From assembly GCA_035532495.1 (NCBI GenBank), contig DATKQX010000026.1, positions 14,160-78,159 on the forward strand: a stretch of DNA of 64,000 nt, read 5' to 3'. Below are positions 45,813 to 57,856 of this stretch, one piece after another (positions within the stretch are counted from its first letter, which is position 1; each line of letters starts with the position of its first letter). Source of the stretch: Candidatus Saccharimonadales bacterium (GTDB taxonomy: Bacteria > Chloroflexota > Dormibacteria > Aeolococcales > Aeolococcaceae). Under the pieces are notes generated by a model, which was not told the DNA's origin, made no database searches, and saw only the letters and a list, made by a program, of their open reading frames with translations. A program made the translations under genes and the position numbers.

Positions 45813-47684
45813 TTATGTCTGGGCGACGAGCACGCGCTCGACCGTGCCGGATGCCGCGGCGTTCTCGCCGCCGGCCAGCGCGAGGGTCGGAAAGACGTGC
45901 CGGTAGAGGTGGTAGTTGATGTAGAAGTCACCGGGGAATCCGGTGCCGGTGTGCTCGGGCTCGTCCCACGTCCCGTTGCGCTGGCGCTCCACAAGAAAGG
46001 CGCGGCCGCGCGCGCACGCGGGGTCGTCGCCGAGGCCGGCACGTTGCAGCGTGAGCATCGCCCACGCCGTCTGCGACGCGGTGCTCGTCCCGATACCCGC
46101 AAACGATTCGTCCTTGTACGAGTGACAGGACTCGCCCCATCCGCCGTCGGGGTTCTGCACGCTGCGCATCCAGTGCGCGGCACTCCGAACCATCTCATCG
46201 CCGGTGCGCAGCGCGACGAGCGCGCTCACGACGCACCAGGTCCCGTAGATGTGGTTCACGCCCCAGCGCCCGTACCACGAGCCCCAGGGGCGCTGCTCAT
46301 GGCGGAGGTACGCGAGGGCGGGCGCGATGTCAGCGCGGTCCGGCCGGTCACCCACCGCCGCGAACAGCTCGATGACGTGGGCGGTGACGTCCTCCGACGG
46401 CGGATCGAGCATCGCGCCGAAGTCGGCGAACGGAAGGCGGTACACCAACGCGCGCGTGTTGTCCTTGTCGAAGGCCGCCCACGCGCCGTTGCGCGACCGC
46501 ATCGCACGGCACCAGCGCACCGCCTCCGCAACCGGGCGCGCAACGGTGTTCGAGTCGCCGCACTCGAGCAGCGCGAGCGCAACGACAGCGGTGTCGTCGA
46601 CGTCGGGGTAGATGTCGTTGTCGAACTCGAACGCCCAACCGCCGCAGCCCTCGAGTGGGACCTTCACCTGCCAGTCCCCGCCGCCGCTGATCTGCTCGGC
46701 GAGCAACCAATCTACGGCGGTTCGCAGCGCAGCGTGGTCGCGTGCGACGCCGGCACCCCGCAGTGCGAGCATCGCCCATGCGGTGTCCCACACCGGCGAC
46801 ATGCATGCCTGCAGACGCCATCCATCCTCGTCGTCGATCGCGAACCGTCCGAACCCCTCGAGGCCGCGGCGCATCACCGGGTGATCGAGGTGCATGCCCT
46901 CGAGGTTGAGCGCGATCAACGAGTACACCCAGGGTGGCTGGATGCCACCCCATCCGCCGTCGGCCTCCTGCCGCTCGGTGATCCAGTCGATGAGCTTGCG
47001 TCGCGACCCCGCGCGACCCGGCTGCCGCGGCAGCCGATCGTAGAGTTTGAGCACATGGTCGAGCCACATGAACGGCCCTGATCCGGGGACGGCGTGCATC
47101 CGATGTGCGGTCCCGGGAGCGATCACCTCATCGACGTTGACGCCGAGGTCGCGCACCGGCCGGTGGGTGATCACGATGAGGAGTGGGGCTATCGTTCCGC
47201 GCGCCCAGCACGCGAAGTCGTAGAGGTTGAGCGGTGCCCACGCCGGGAGACGCACCAATTCCGGTGGCATGCTCGGCACGCCGTCCCACGGGTAGACGCC
47301 GAACAGCGCGAGCCAGATCTTGGTGAACACGCGCGCTTCGGCAAGGCCGCCCTGACCGACGACGAAGCGCAGCGCGCGTCGCATGTTCGGTGCATCCGCG
47401 TCGATGCCCAGCACGCGCAACGCGACGTACGCCTCGATGGTCGTGCTGAGATCGCCGGGGCCGTCATGGTACAGCGCCCACGTGCCGTCGTCGCGCTGCG
47501 TGCCGACGATGTGTCGGATCGCACCGTCGCGGATGTCTTGGTGCGACGCGCCGAGAAAACGCAACAGCAGGATGTGTTCCGCCGTCATCGTGACATTTGT
47601 CTCGAGCTCGCCACTCCACCAGCCCGCGGGATCCTGACGCTCGAGGAGCCAGCCGACCGCGGCGCGCAATTCATCAGACTGCAT
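45813..47684 (-). CDS. shc: squalene-hopene cyclase
   Basis: QW repeats, DVDDTA catalytic motif (DxDD), GGWGG; start MQSDELRAAV inside longer ORF. Confidence 0.9.
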   Translation of the reverse strand: MQSDELRAAVGWLLERQDPAGWWSGELETNVTMTAEHILLLRFLGASHQDIRDGAIRHIVGTQRDDGTWALYHDGPGDLSTTIEAYVALRVLGIDADAPNMRRALRFVVGQGGLAEARVFTKIWLALFGVYPWDGVPSMPPELVRLPAWAPLNLYDFACWARGTIAPLLIVITHRPVRDLGVNVDEVIAPGTAHRMHAVPGSGPFMWLDHVLKLYDRLPRQPGRAGSRRKLIDWITERQEADGGWGGIQPPWVYSLIALNLEGMHLDHPVMRRGLEGFGRFAIDDEDGWRLQACMSPVWDTAWAMLALRGAGVARDHAALRTAVDWLLAEQISGGGDWQVKVPLEGCGGWAFEFDNDIYPDVDDTAVVALALLECGDSNTVARPVAEAVRWCRAMRSRNGAWAAFDKDNTRALVYRLPFADFGAMLDPPSEDVTAHVIELFAAVGDRPDRADIAPALAYLRHEQRPWGSWYGRWGVNHIYGTWCVVSALVALRTGDEMVRSAAHWMRSVQNPDGGWGESCHSYKDESFAGIGTSTASQTAWAMLTLQRAGLGDDPACARGRAFLVERQRNGTWDEPEHTGTGFPGDFYINYHLYRHVFPTLALAGGENAAASGTVERVLVAQT

Positions 47685-48990
47685 GCGCAGCCTCCAATGA
47701 CGGAGCCGTCCGCCACCCGGCGGCATTGCGGAAGAGCGTGTTCGCGGCGGTCCGCCCACTGAGCACGGCGGACTCGATCGTCGCGGGCCATCCGGTGTCG
47801 GTCCATGCGCCGGCGATCACGAGATTGGAGAACGCAGTCGTCGGCCCGGGGCGGCGCACGCCGGGCGCGGGAATGAACGTCGCATCGGGGTCACGAGTCG
47901 CCGCACCCCGGAGCAGGTTCGCACGCCCGGCCGCGGGCAACACCGCCGCTAGCGCCGTGCGGCAGAGCTCCACGAGCTCGCTCTCCGGGCGACCGACCTG
48001 CGATTGCGCGGCGCTGAGGCTGCAGCAGACGTATCCCGGTGACTTCTCGAAGACCCACTGCACCGGCGAGTCAAGCACTGCGGCGAAGTCGCATTCGAGT
48101 ACCGGCCGGTCGTACCAGAGGTGGACGTCGACGATCGGCATGGCCTCGAATGCGTCGAGGCCGCCGACGCCGAGCGCCGGAGCGTCGTTGAGGATCGTCG
48201 CAAGACGGCGTGGCGGGACCGCGATCACGCAGGCGTCGCAGGCCGCTCCCGCACCGCCGCTCAGCTTCACGCCGGTGACGCGCGTGCCGTCGTGATGGAC
48301 GCCCACAACTGCCTGGCGCATGTGCACCGCGTCGGCGCGCGCGGCGGCTGCTTCGGCAAGACGAGCGAGTGGGACCGTCAGGTATGCGATCCGAGCAGCA
48401 TCACGCTTGCCGAGAAACGCGGTGCGGATGACGAAGAGTCCCATCGTGGCTGCGACGCGGTCCAGCGGCGCATTGAGCGCCGGAACGAGGAACGGTTCCC
48501 AGAACGCGCGCAGCGCCCGGGTGCTCTGCCGCTGACGGCGCAACCACGCGGCCATGGTCCCGCTCGGATTGGTAGCCGTGCGAGCGGCGACAAGTGCGCG
48601 TCCGACCAGGAGACGGTCGAGAGCGGTGAGGTGCGGATACCTCGCGAAGCCGGTCATGAGATGCATCGGCGCAGGCAAGCCTGACGCACGCAACTGCGCC
48701 GGTCGCCGGTTGCGCGAGAGGACCGTCACCTCGAAACGCGGCTGCATGTACAGGGAGTCGCGCAGTCCCATCTCTGCGATGAGGTCGAGCGTCGCCGTGC
48801 AGCACGCGAGCACGACGTGCTGTCCGCAGTCGACTTCGTGGCCCTCGACCTCGAACGATGTGGCCTTGCCACCGAGGAGTCGCGACCGCTCGTAGATGTC
48901 GACGTGCCATCCGCGTTTTGCCAGTTCGATTGCCGCGCTGAGACCGGCAAGTCCCGCACCGACAACGGCGACACGTGGCTGACGTTTCAT
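47674..48990 (-). CDS. hpnE: squalene-associated FAD-dependent desaturase HpnE (amine-oxidase fold)
   Basis: VAVVGAGLAGLSAA dinucleotide motif; start MKRQPRVAVVGAG at 48990. Confidence 0.8.
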   Translation of the reverse strand: MKRQPRVAVVGAGLAGLSAAIELAKRGWHVDIYERSRLLGGKATSFEVEGHEVDCGQHVVLACCTATLDLIAEMGLRDSLYMQPRFEVTVLSRNRRPAQLRASGLPAPMHLMTGFARYPHLTALDRLLVGRALVAARTATNPSGTMAAWLRRQRQSTRALRAFWEPFLVPALNAPLDRVAATMGLFVIRTAFLGKRDAARIAYLTVPLARLAEAAAARADAVHMRQAVVGVHHDGTRVTGVKLSGGAGAACDACVIAVPPRRLATILNDAPALGVGGLDAFEAMPIVDVHLWYDRPVLECDFAAVLDSPVQWVFEKSPGYVCCSLSAAQSQVGRPESELVELCRTALAAVLPAAGRANLLRGAATRDPDATFIPAPGVRRPGPTTAFSNLVIAGAWTDTGWPATIESAVLSGRTAANTLFRNAAGWRTAPSLEAAHAV

Positions 48991-49859
48991 ACGGCCGCCA
49001 GCCAGGAACGCGCCATGACGCGGAGCTTCGCTGCCTTCGAGAGGCGCGCACGGCTGTGGAGCGGCAGGTCGGGAGCCGCCTCGATGCGATCGAGGATGCC
49101 GGCGTAAATCCCCGCCATGGTCCGCACGCAGACCGCGGGCTGGGTCGGGATGAACTCGGTGACACGAATGCCCGAGGCGTGGAGATCGCGGGCCCGAGCT
49201 GCCTGCATCGCCATGAAGCGATGCCATCCGGGCGCCACGCGCCGCTCGAGGATGTCGCGCTCGCTGATGCCGTACGCGGCCATCTCGTCGACGGGCAGGT
49301 AGATGCGGCCGCGCGCCGCATCCTCGTGCACGTCACGAAGGATGTTGATCAGTTGCAGTGCCACACCGAGCTCGTCCGCGCGCTCGAGCGCGATCGGATC
49401 ACGGAATCCGAAGATGCGCACGCACATTCGCCCGACCACCGATGCGACGAGGTTCGCATACGAGCGCAACTCGTCCCAGGTTGCGTAGCGCGTGGTGGTG
49501 AGATCCATGGCGACGCCGTCGATGAGCATCTCGAGCTCATCGACAGGGATCGCGTAGCGGCGCATCGCCAGCGCCAGCACGCCCATCACCGGATCGGTGC
49601 TGTCGCCGGGACGCGCTTGATGAAGACGGCGGCGGTGCTCGTCGAGGCGCGCCTGCCGCGAATTACGCCCGGCGAGGTCCGCATCGTCGTCCACCTGACG
49701 CGCGAAGTCGTAGAGCGCGTATATCGCAACGCGTTGCTGCCGCGGCAGTGCGATGAACCCCCAGTAGAAGTTGGCGGCCTCGCGGCGCGCCATGTCCTCG
49801 CAGAACCGTTCTGCTGCGCGCATGTCAGGGAGCGGCGGGGCGTCAACCACGACCATCAC
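48987..49859 (-). CDS. hpnD: presqualene diphosphate synthase HpnD (squalene/phytoene synthase family)
   Basis: Asp-rich motifs YDFARQVDD and NILRDVHED. Confidence 0.8.
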   Translation of the reverse strand: MMVVVDAPPLPDMRAAERFCEDMARREAANFYWGFIALPRQQRVAIYALYDFARQVDDDADLAGRNSRQARLDEHRRRLHQARPGDSTDPVMGVLALAMRRYAIPVDELEMLIDGVAMDLTTTRYATWDELRSYANLVASVVGRMCVRIFGFRDPIALERADELGVALQLINILRDVHEDAARGRIYLPVDEMAAYGISERDILERRVAPGWHRFMAMQAARARDLHASGIRVTEFIPTQPAVCVRTMAGIYAGILDRIEAAPDLPLHSRARLSKAAKLRVMARSWLAAV

Positions 49860-50724
49860 CTATCCGCGAGATCACGCCGACGGCGCGCCTTGGCGCCTGC
49901 TGACGCCGGAGGCCGGTGGAGAGTGCCGAGCCCGCAATGCGCACGCGCGCCGCGCGGTCGACCACGGGCCGGCGCGACGAGGTCCGGTAGCCGCGCGCCG
50001 CGACGGCATCGAGAATCGCCTCACCGCCAAGCCGGTACAGCGCGAGCTGCACGCGCAACCGTGACGGTGCCAAGCGTTCGAGTGATCGACCCGACGCGAG
50101 GAGGTCCCGCGCTCGCTCGCAGAGCAGCCGCGTCGCGCCGTCGACGCCGTGCTCGCGGATGTCGCGCTGCAGGAGGTACGTACGGCCGAGCCGTGCGTCG
50201 ACCGACACGTCCTGCGCGAAATTGGCCAGCTGAAGGCCGATGCATACGTCGTCGCTGAGCGAGGCGGCGACCGGGGTGTCGATGTGGAAGAGCCGCAGCA
50301 CCATGCGCCCGACCGGCGCAGCGGACCGTGCGCAATACGCGCGCAACTCGGCCCAGTCCTCATATCGATCGACACGCTGGTCCTGCACGTTGGCGTCGAT
50401 CAGATCGAGGAACGCCTGCTCTTCGATGGCGTGGTGATCGACGGTGTCGGCAAGCGCGACCAGCACGGGGTGCGTGCGCTCGTCGTGCTCGAAGCTTTCG
50501 CGCACCTCGTCGCGCCATCGCCGCAGCCGGCGCGTCGCGACTGCACGGTCACCACTCTCGTCGCCGAGATCGTCGGTGTAGCGGCAGAAGGCGTAGACGC
50601 GGGTGAGATCCCGTCGCAGCGACCTGGGCGACAGCCGCGACGCGACCGTGAAGTTCTCGTAGTGGTGCACGAGCTCGCGGCAATACGCGTCAGCGGCGTC
50701 GAGCGACCCATCCGTGCGTGCCAT
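49843..50724 (-). CDS. hpnC: hydroxysqualene synthase HpnC (squalene/phytoene synthase family)
   Basis: YAFCRYTDDLGD and ANFAQDV motifs; ATG overlaps idi stop. Confidence 0.8.
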   Translation of the reverse strand: MARTDGSLDAADAYCRELVHHYENFTVASRLSPRSLRRDLTRVYAFCRYTDDLGDESGDRAVATRRLRRWRDEVRESFEHDERTHPVLVALADTVDHHAIEEQAFLDLIDANVQDQRVDRYEDWAELRAYCARSAAPVGRMVLRLFHIDTPVAASLSDDVCIGLQLANFAQDVSVDARLGRTYLLQRDIREHGVDGATRLLCERARDLLASGRSLERLAPSRLRVQLALYRLGGEAILDAVAARGYRTSSRRPVVDRAARVRIAGSALSTGLRRQQAPRRAVGVISRIGDGRG

Positions 50725-51809
50725 CAGACCCCCGTCCCGTCACCGCAGGTGAGTCGCGCCTGGGTCCAGAGCGCGCCGACGTTCGTGGCGCCCACGCAGA
50801 ACATCACGAGGCGCAACTCCTCGAGGATCACCGCAACTGTTTCCTCGAGCGCCCCTTCCCCGGCTGCGGCGGCGCGCACCAGCGGTCCGGCCATCCCGAC
50901 GGCGTCGGCGCCGAGCGCCAGCGCCTTGGCGATGTCGGTGCCGTTGCGGACACCGCCACTGGCGATGATGGTGCCGTCGGGCACTGCGCGTCGCGCCCCA
51001 ATCAGCGCGGTGGTCGTCGGGATGCCCCAGCCGCCGAACGCGCCGGCGACGCGTGTGCGAACCGGATCATCGATGCGGTGTCGCTCGACCTCGCTCCACG
51101 AGGTCCCACCTGCGCCCGCGACGTCGACAGCCGTGGCCCCGACCTCGAAGAGCCGGGCGACGAGGTCGTCTGCGATCCCCCAACCGACCTCCTTGACGAT
51201 CACCGGTGCGCCGAGCTCGGCGCAGACGGTTTCGATGCGCGCGAGGAGACCGGCGAACACGGTGTTGCCGTCCGGCTGGAGGGCTTCCTGCAGCGGGTTG
51301 AGATGCAGCACGAGAGCGTCGGCCCGAAGCGCCCGAAGGAGGTACCGGCACTCGTCGACCCCGACGCCGAGATTGAGCTGCACCGCGCCGAGGTTGGCGA
51401 GCAGCGGGACGTCGGGTGCCATCTCGCGCACGTCGAACGTCGGCAACACGTCGGGCTGCTCGAGCAGCACACGGCACGACCCGAGGCCCATGGCGAGCCC
51501 CCGGCTCTGGGCGACGCGTGCCAGGCGCGCGTTGATGACGCCTGCCTGTTGTGTTCCACCGGTCATGCAGGAGACGAGGAGCGGGGCGCCGACCGGCCGT
51601 CCCAGAAAATGAGTGCCGAGGTCGACGTCCTCGAGATCGATCTCAGGGAGCGCGCGGTGGACGAATCGGTAGTCATCGAACCCGGCGTCCACCCCCTTGG
51701 CCGCGACGTCCTCGTTGATGTTGATGCGCAGGTGATCGTCCTTCCGCGACGCGGTTCGCGATGCCGGGTTCGTGACGCGACCCGGGCTAACGGTTGCGTT
51801 CAGCAACAT
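50724..51809 (-). CDS. fni: type 2 isopentenyl-diphosphate delta-isomerase (FMN-dependent)
   Basis: KDDHL, MTGG, TIM-barrel FMN motifs GGVRNG. Confidence 0.85.
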   Translation of the reverse strand: MLLNATVSPGRVTNPASRTASRKDDHLRININEDVAAKGVDAGFDDYRFVHRALPEIDLEDVDLGTHFLGRPVGAPLLVSCMTGGTQQAGVINARLARVAQSRGLAMGLGSCRVLLEQPDVLPTFDVREMAPDVPLLANLGAVQLNLGVGVDECRYLLRALRADALVLHLNPLQEALQPDGNTVFAGLLARIETVCAELGAPVIVKEVGWGIADDLVARLFEVGATAVDVAGAGGTSWSEVERHRIDDPVRTRVAGAFGGWGIPTTTALIGARRAVPDGTIIASGGVRNGTDIAKALALGADAVGMAGPLVRAAAAGEGALEETVAVILEELRLVMFCVGATNVGALWTQARLTCGDGTGV

Positions 51810-52833
51810 GGATTGCCAGGTCCGCGAAGTCGGTCAGCGCCTCGTCGGGGAGGTCCGTGAGGACGGCGACAGCGTCGCGCGCCAGCACCATCGGCACGCC
51901 CGCGGTGAGCGCGGGACCGCCCAGCTCCTCGAGCACGGCACGGAGGCGGAACTCGCCGCCCGGCGCGCGGTCGTTGAAGAGACGGCGTAGCTCGCGACGG
52001 CGAATCGTTGTGGCGACCTCGTACGCGGCGACCACGGGGTAGGTGAGCTTGCGTCTGCGCAGGTCGCCGCTCCGGCCCTTGCCCGTCAGCTCCGGATCGC
52101 CCCAGGTGCCGAGCCAGTCATCGCGAACCTGGAACGCGAGTCCGAGGAGGCGTCCCGCCGCGTCGAACCGCTGGGCGACGGCTCGAGGCGCGCCGGCCAG
52201 CACGGCTCCAGCGGCCAGCGCGGCGCCCAGAAGCGCCCCTGTCTTCAGCGTGGCAAGGCGGAGGTAGATCTTCTGCGATGCTCCGGGGCGCCCTTCCAAG
52301 GAGATATCGAGGCATTGCCCCTCGACCACCTGGCCGACCGCCGCCGTGAGGATGTGCGCGGCTTTCATTCGACGTCCGGGACGGTGTCCCGGGGCAAGCA
52401 GCGATGTCATCGCCGCAGCGAACATGCCGTCCCCTGCGTTGATGCCCTGCTCGGCGCCCCAGACCGCCCAGACCGCGGGGCGATGGCGGCGCAGCTGGTC
52501 GCCGTCCTGGATGTCGTCATGGATGAGCGTGAAGTTGTGGATGAGCTCGACCGCCACGGCCGCCGGAAGCGCCCACTCGGGGTCGCCGCCGAGTGCCTCG
52601 CAGGCCCAGAGGGTCAGCGCCGGGCGGATGCGCTTCCCGGCCGGCTCGTTCGCGGGACGCCCCTGCGCGTCCGTCCACCCAAGGTGGTAGGCGGACATCT
52701 GCCGAAGCAGGCCTCGCATTCGTGGCGCCGTGCCACGGAGACCCGCATCGAGGAGGTCGATGTGCCGGTCCAGCAATGCTGGCTGCGCCTCGTTCGGGGG
52801 CGACACATCGATATCGAGAACGCGTTCCGCCAT
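51787..52833 (-). CDS. polyprenyl diphosphate synthase (FPP/GGPP synthase family)
   Basis: FARM IHDDIQD and SARM VRDDWLG; start MAERVLD at 52833. Confidence 0.8.
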   Translation of the reverse strand: MAERVLDIDVSPPNEAQPALLDRHIDLLDAGLRGTAPRMRGLLRQMSAYHLGWTDAQGRPANEPAGKRIRPALTLWACEALGGDPEWALPAAVAVELIHNFTLIHDDIQDGDQLRRHRPAVWAVWGAEQGINAGDGMFAAAMTSLLAPGHRPGRRMKAAHILTAAVGQVVEGQCLDISLEGRPGASQKIYLRLATLKTGALLGAALAAGAVLAGAPRAVAQRFDAAGRLLGLAFQVRDDWLGTWGDPELTGKGRSGDLRRRKLTYPVVAAYEVATTIRRRELRRLFNDRAPGGEFRLRAVLEELGGPALTAGVPMVLARDAVAVLTDLPDEALTDFADLAIHVAERNR

Positions 52834-52914
52834 TGGCCTCCCCCTGCAAGGAAGCTTGCTACGTCGTAACCGTTGTCGAATGGTAACCAACGGCCTTCCG
52901 CGGCAGCAAGCCGG

Positions 52915-53973
52915 TCAATCGACGCTCGACGGATCCCTCTCCGCGGCCGGCAGCACCACCTGAAACTCGGTCCCGTGGCGGGGTTCGGACGTCACCGAGA
53001 CGGCCCCGCCGTGTGCCTCAACCACGTGCCGGACGATCGCGAGACCGAGCCCCGAGCCCTCGCCGTCGCGCTGGCGTGAGCTGTCCGCCTTCCAGAAACG
53101 CTCGTAGATCCGGGGCAGGTCCGCCGGCGTGATCCCGACGCCCGTGTCGCGGCAGCGGATCAGCACGTGCCCCGGTCCATGCGGCGCCGCGCTGACGTCG
53201 ATTCGTCCGCCGGAGGGGGTGAACTTGATGGAATTGTGGACAAGGTTACGGAGCACCTGCCCCAGCTGGGCCGAGTCGCCGATGAGGTCCGGCGCGCCGG
53301 CATCGACCCGGGCGACCAGGGAGACACCCTTGCTGTCGGCAAGCGGCCGCAGACGGTCCAGGCTGAGCATCAGCTTCGAGATCGGCACACGCTCACTCGC
53401 CATGGGGCGCTGCCCGGATTCGATGGTGCTCAGCTCGAGCAGTTCTTCGACCATCTGCGCCATGTGTGACGCCTCCTGACCGATTCTGCGCACGAAGTCC
53501 GCCGCAGCGGCGGGATCGTCGAGGCCGCCGCTGGCGAGTGTCTCCGCCATGAGCTGCACCGCGGTGATCGGCGTGCGCAGCTCGTGCGAGACGTTACTGA
53601 CAAAGTCGCGCCGAACTCGCTCGAGGTGATGAACGCGCGTCTCGTCGCGCACGAGCAGGACCGTCGACACCTCGCCCTGGAGTGCGATGGCGCGGGCGAC
53701 GAAGTCGCGGTCGTGGAGCTTGATGGCGCGCTCCTCGACGCCACCGCTCTCACGCGCCGCCTCGATCATACGGATGAGCCGGTAATCGACCTCACCGGCA
53801 ACAAATGCAGAGCCCTCGTCGAGGGTGAGTCCGAGCAGGCCGCGCGCCGGCTCGTTGGCAAGCAGCACGCGGCCATCAGCGTCGAGACCGACGATGCCCT
53901 GATCGAGCAGGAGGCCCAGCGCGCGCAGCATCGCGACGCTGTCAGCACCGGACCGCAGGTCGCTCCCGCTCAT
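52915..53973 (-). CDS. cytoplasmic PAS-domain sensor histidine kinase
   Basis: H-box SHELRTP, N/G1/G2 boxes (NLVHNSIKF, DTGVGI, GSGLGL); no TM segment; start MSGSDLRSG with GGAGG 2 nt upstream (alternative upstream starts possible). Confidence 0.8.
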   Translation of the reverse strand: MSGSDLRSGADSVAMLRALGLLLDQGIVGLDADGRVLLANEPARGLLGLTLDEGSAFVAGEVDYRLIRMIEAARESGGVEERAIKLHDRDFVARAIALQGEVSTVLLVRDETRVHHLERVRRDFVSNVSHELRTPITAVQLMAETLASGGLDDPAAAADFVRRIGQEASHMAQMVEELLELSTIESGQRPMASERVPISKLMLSLDRLRPLADSKGVSLVARVDAGAPDLIGDSAQLGQVLRNLVHNSIKFTPSGGRIDVSAAPHGPGHVLIRCRDTGVGITPADLPRIYERFWKADSSRQRDGEGSGLGLAIVRHVVEAHGGAVSVTSEPRHGTEFQVVLPAAERDPSSVD

Positions 53974-54157
53974 CGCCTCCACCCCAGCGAGTATAGGCGG
54001 CCGGAGAACGGAGATCCCCGTGCCACGCGTCGATCGGCGCCGGCGAAGGGCGGGGCAGCGGAGTGCGCATACAGCCATGCGACATGCGTTCTTGATGTGA
54101 GGCCCCTGCGTTGTCACCGCGGCCTGTGCCCCGGATCAGGGTTCTTGTTAAGCTCCA

Positions 54158-54901
54158 GTGATGGCGTCGACCGTCGCCAAGCGCATCCTCGTGGTTGAGG
54201 ACGAGGACGCCATTCGCGAGACGCTGCGCTACAACCTCGCGCGCGAGGGATACGCCGTTATCGAGGCGGCGACAGGGCCTGACGCCCTGACCCTCGCGCG
54301 ATCCGAGCGGCCCGACCTGATCGTCCTCGACGTCATGCTCCCGGGGTTGAGTGGCCTGGAGGTCTGCCGCGTGCTGCGCCAGGAGTCCGCGACGCCGATT
54401 CTCATGCTCACTGCAAAGGGCACCGAGGTCGACAAGGTCGTCGGACTCCAGCTGGGCGCCGACGACTACGTGACCAAACCGTTCTCGTTCAACGAGCTGC
54501 TCGCCCGGATCACCGCCCTGCTCCGCCGTTCGGAAATGAGCGGGCGTCCCGCAGGCGCGATCGAGATCGAGGAGTTCGAGGGGTTCCGGATAGACCGAGC
54601 CGCGAGGACCATCCATATAGAGGGTGCAGAGCTACGCCTGGCGCCGAAGGAGTTCGACCTCCTGTCGCTGCTCCTGCGCAATAGCGGCCGGGTCATGTCA
54701 CGTCAGGCGATCATCGCGGCCATCTGGGGGACCCGCTTCTACGGCGACCCGAAGACGGTCGACGTCCACGTCCGCTGGCTTCGCGAGAAGTTCGAACCCT
54801 TCGCGCAGATGCCGTTTCGCATCACCACCGTCTTCGGCGTCGGCTATCGCCTCGATCGGGTCGGCTCGAGCGCGCCGTCCCCGTACACTCGAATCCCTTA
54901 G
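54158..54901 (+). CDS. OmpR/PhoB-family response regulator (RegX3/PhoP-like)
   Basis: Receiver DEDA...D...K motifs and winged-helix output domain. Confidence 0.9.
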   Translation: MMASTVAKRILVVEDEDAIRETLRYNLAREGYAVIEAATGPDALTLARSERPDLIVLDVMLPGLSGLEVCRVLRQESATPILMLTAKGTEVDKVVGLQLGADDYVTKPFSFNELLARITALLRRSEMSGRPAGAIEIEEFEGFRIDRAARTIHIEGAELRLAPKEFDLLSLLLRNSGRVMSRQAIIAAIWGTRFYGDPKTVDVHVRWLREKFEPFAQMPFRITTVFGVGYRLDRVGSSAPSPYTRIP

Positions 54902-54914
54902 TCGGAGGAGCAGC

Positions 54915-57038
<2,124 letters not shown>

Positions 57039-57039
<1 letters not shown>

Positions 57040-57713
57040 TGTCGACGCTGGGTGACGCGAGGCGCGAGCGGCTGGCCCGCGCCCGGCTCTACCTGGTGAC
57101 CGACGCTCGGCAGGCGGAGGGCGATCTCGACGCCTTCCTGGAGTCGGTGCTGGCCGCCGGCGTCGACATCGTGCAGCTGCGTGAGAAGGACGCGGAGGCG
57201 GGTGATCTCCTGCGCTGGAGCCCGGCCTTTCGTCAGGCGGCCGATCGCCACGGCGCGCTCTTCGTCCTCAATGACCGTCCGGACGTCGCGGTCGCCGCCC
57301 GTGCTGACGGGGTGCACGTCGGGCAGAACGACCTTCCTCCGGGTGCCGTCCGAGACATCGTCGGATCGGACGTCCTGATCGGGCTGTCGACCCACTCGCG
57401 GGTGGAGTACGACGACGCCGCCCCGGAGGCGGAATACCTCTGCGCCGGGCCGGTGTACGCCACTCCGACCAAGCCGGGGCGCCCGGCCACCGGGTTGGAG
57501 GCGGTGCGCCACGCGGCGTCGCGAGAGCGCGAGGGCAACGAGTCCCGGCCCTGGTTCGCCATCGGCGGCATCGATTCGGCGACCCTGGCGGCGACTGTGA
57601 GGGCAGGGGCGAGCCGTGTCGTCGTGGTCCGCGCAATCACCGAGGCAACTGATCCGGTAAGCGCGGTATCGCGCTTGCGAAGCGGGCTAGCGGAAGCGCA
57701 ACCGACAGCCTAG
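57039..57713 (+). CDS. thiE: thiamine-phosphate synthase ThiE
   Basis: ThiE motifs (VQLREK, GVHVGQ.D, IGGI); ATGA overlap with thiG. Confidence 0.85.
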
Positions 57714-57744
57714 GGCAGCGTTCCAATGCGTGGCGGTGGATTCG

Positions 57745-57784
57745 TTAAGCGGCTCTTAATGCTTCTGATGTGTCGACCTTAATG
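57745..57784 (+). promoter_or_regulatory. pstS upstream repeats: palindrome TTAAG-N5-CTTAA and direct repeat CTTAATG x2 (23-bp spacing)
   Basis: Located 70-110 bp upstream of pstS start in an AT-richer tract; candidate phosphate-regulator operator. Confidence 0.3.
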
Positions 57785-57856
57785 AGTCGATCGGCAGGAT
57801 AGAACCCGGCACGGTCGGCGGGACGGCTGATGCGACATCGGGTCTTGAGGGCTGAG

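Noticed and set aside
45372-47081. 569-aa plus-strand ORF antisense to shc
   Set aside because: No domain-like sequence and Arg/Leu/Pro-rich composition; it is fully covered by squalene-hopene cyclase on the other strand. The same reasoning applies to the antisense ORFs 5548..6984 (+), 8292..9680 (+), 11740..13110 (-), 24151..25473 (-), 25631..26839 (-), 28092..29573 (-), 21041..22303 (-), 22251..23498 (-), 30437..31708 (+), 31465..32718 (+), 43061..44329 (+), 48975..50258 (+), 50718..51860 (+), 55879..57021 (-) and 1047..2396 (-).
54100-54200. Possible TPP riboswitch fragment (CCGGATCAG, the reverse complement of the CUGAUCCGG motif)
   Set aside because: The match is on the wrong strand relative to thiO, lies inside the response-regulator start region, and lacks the GGGGUGC and CUGAGA partner elements.
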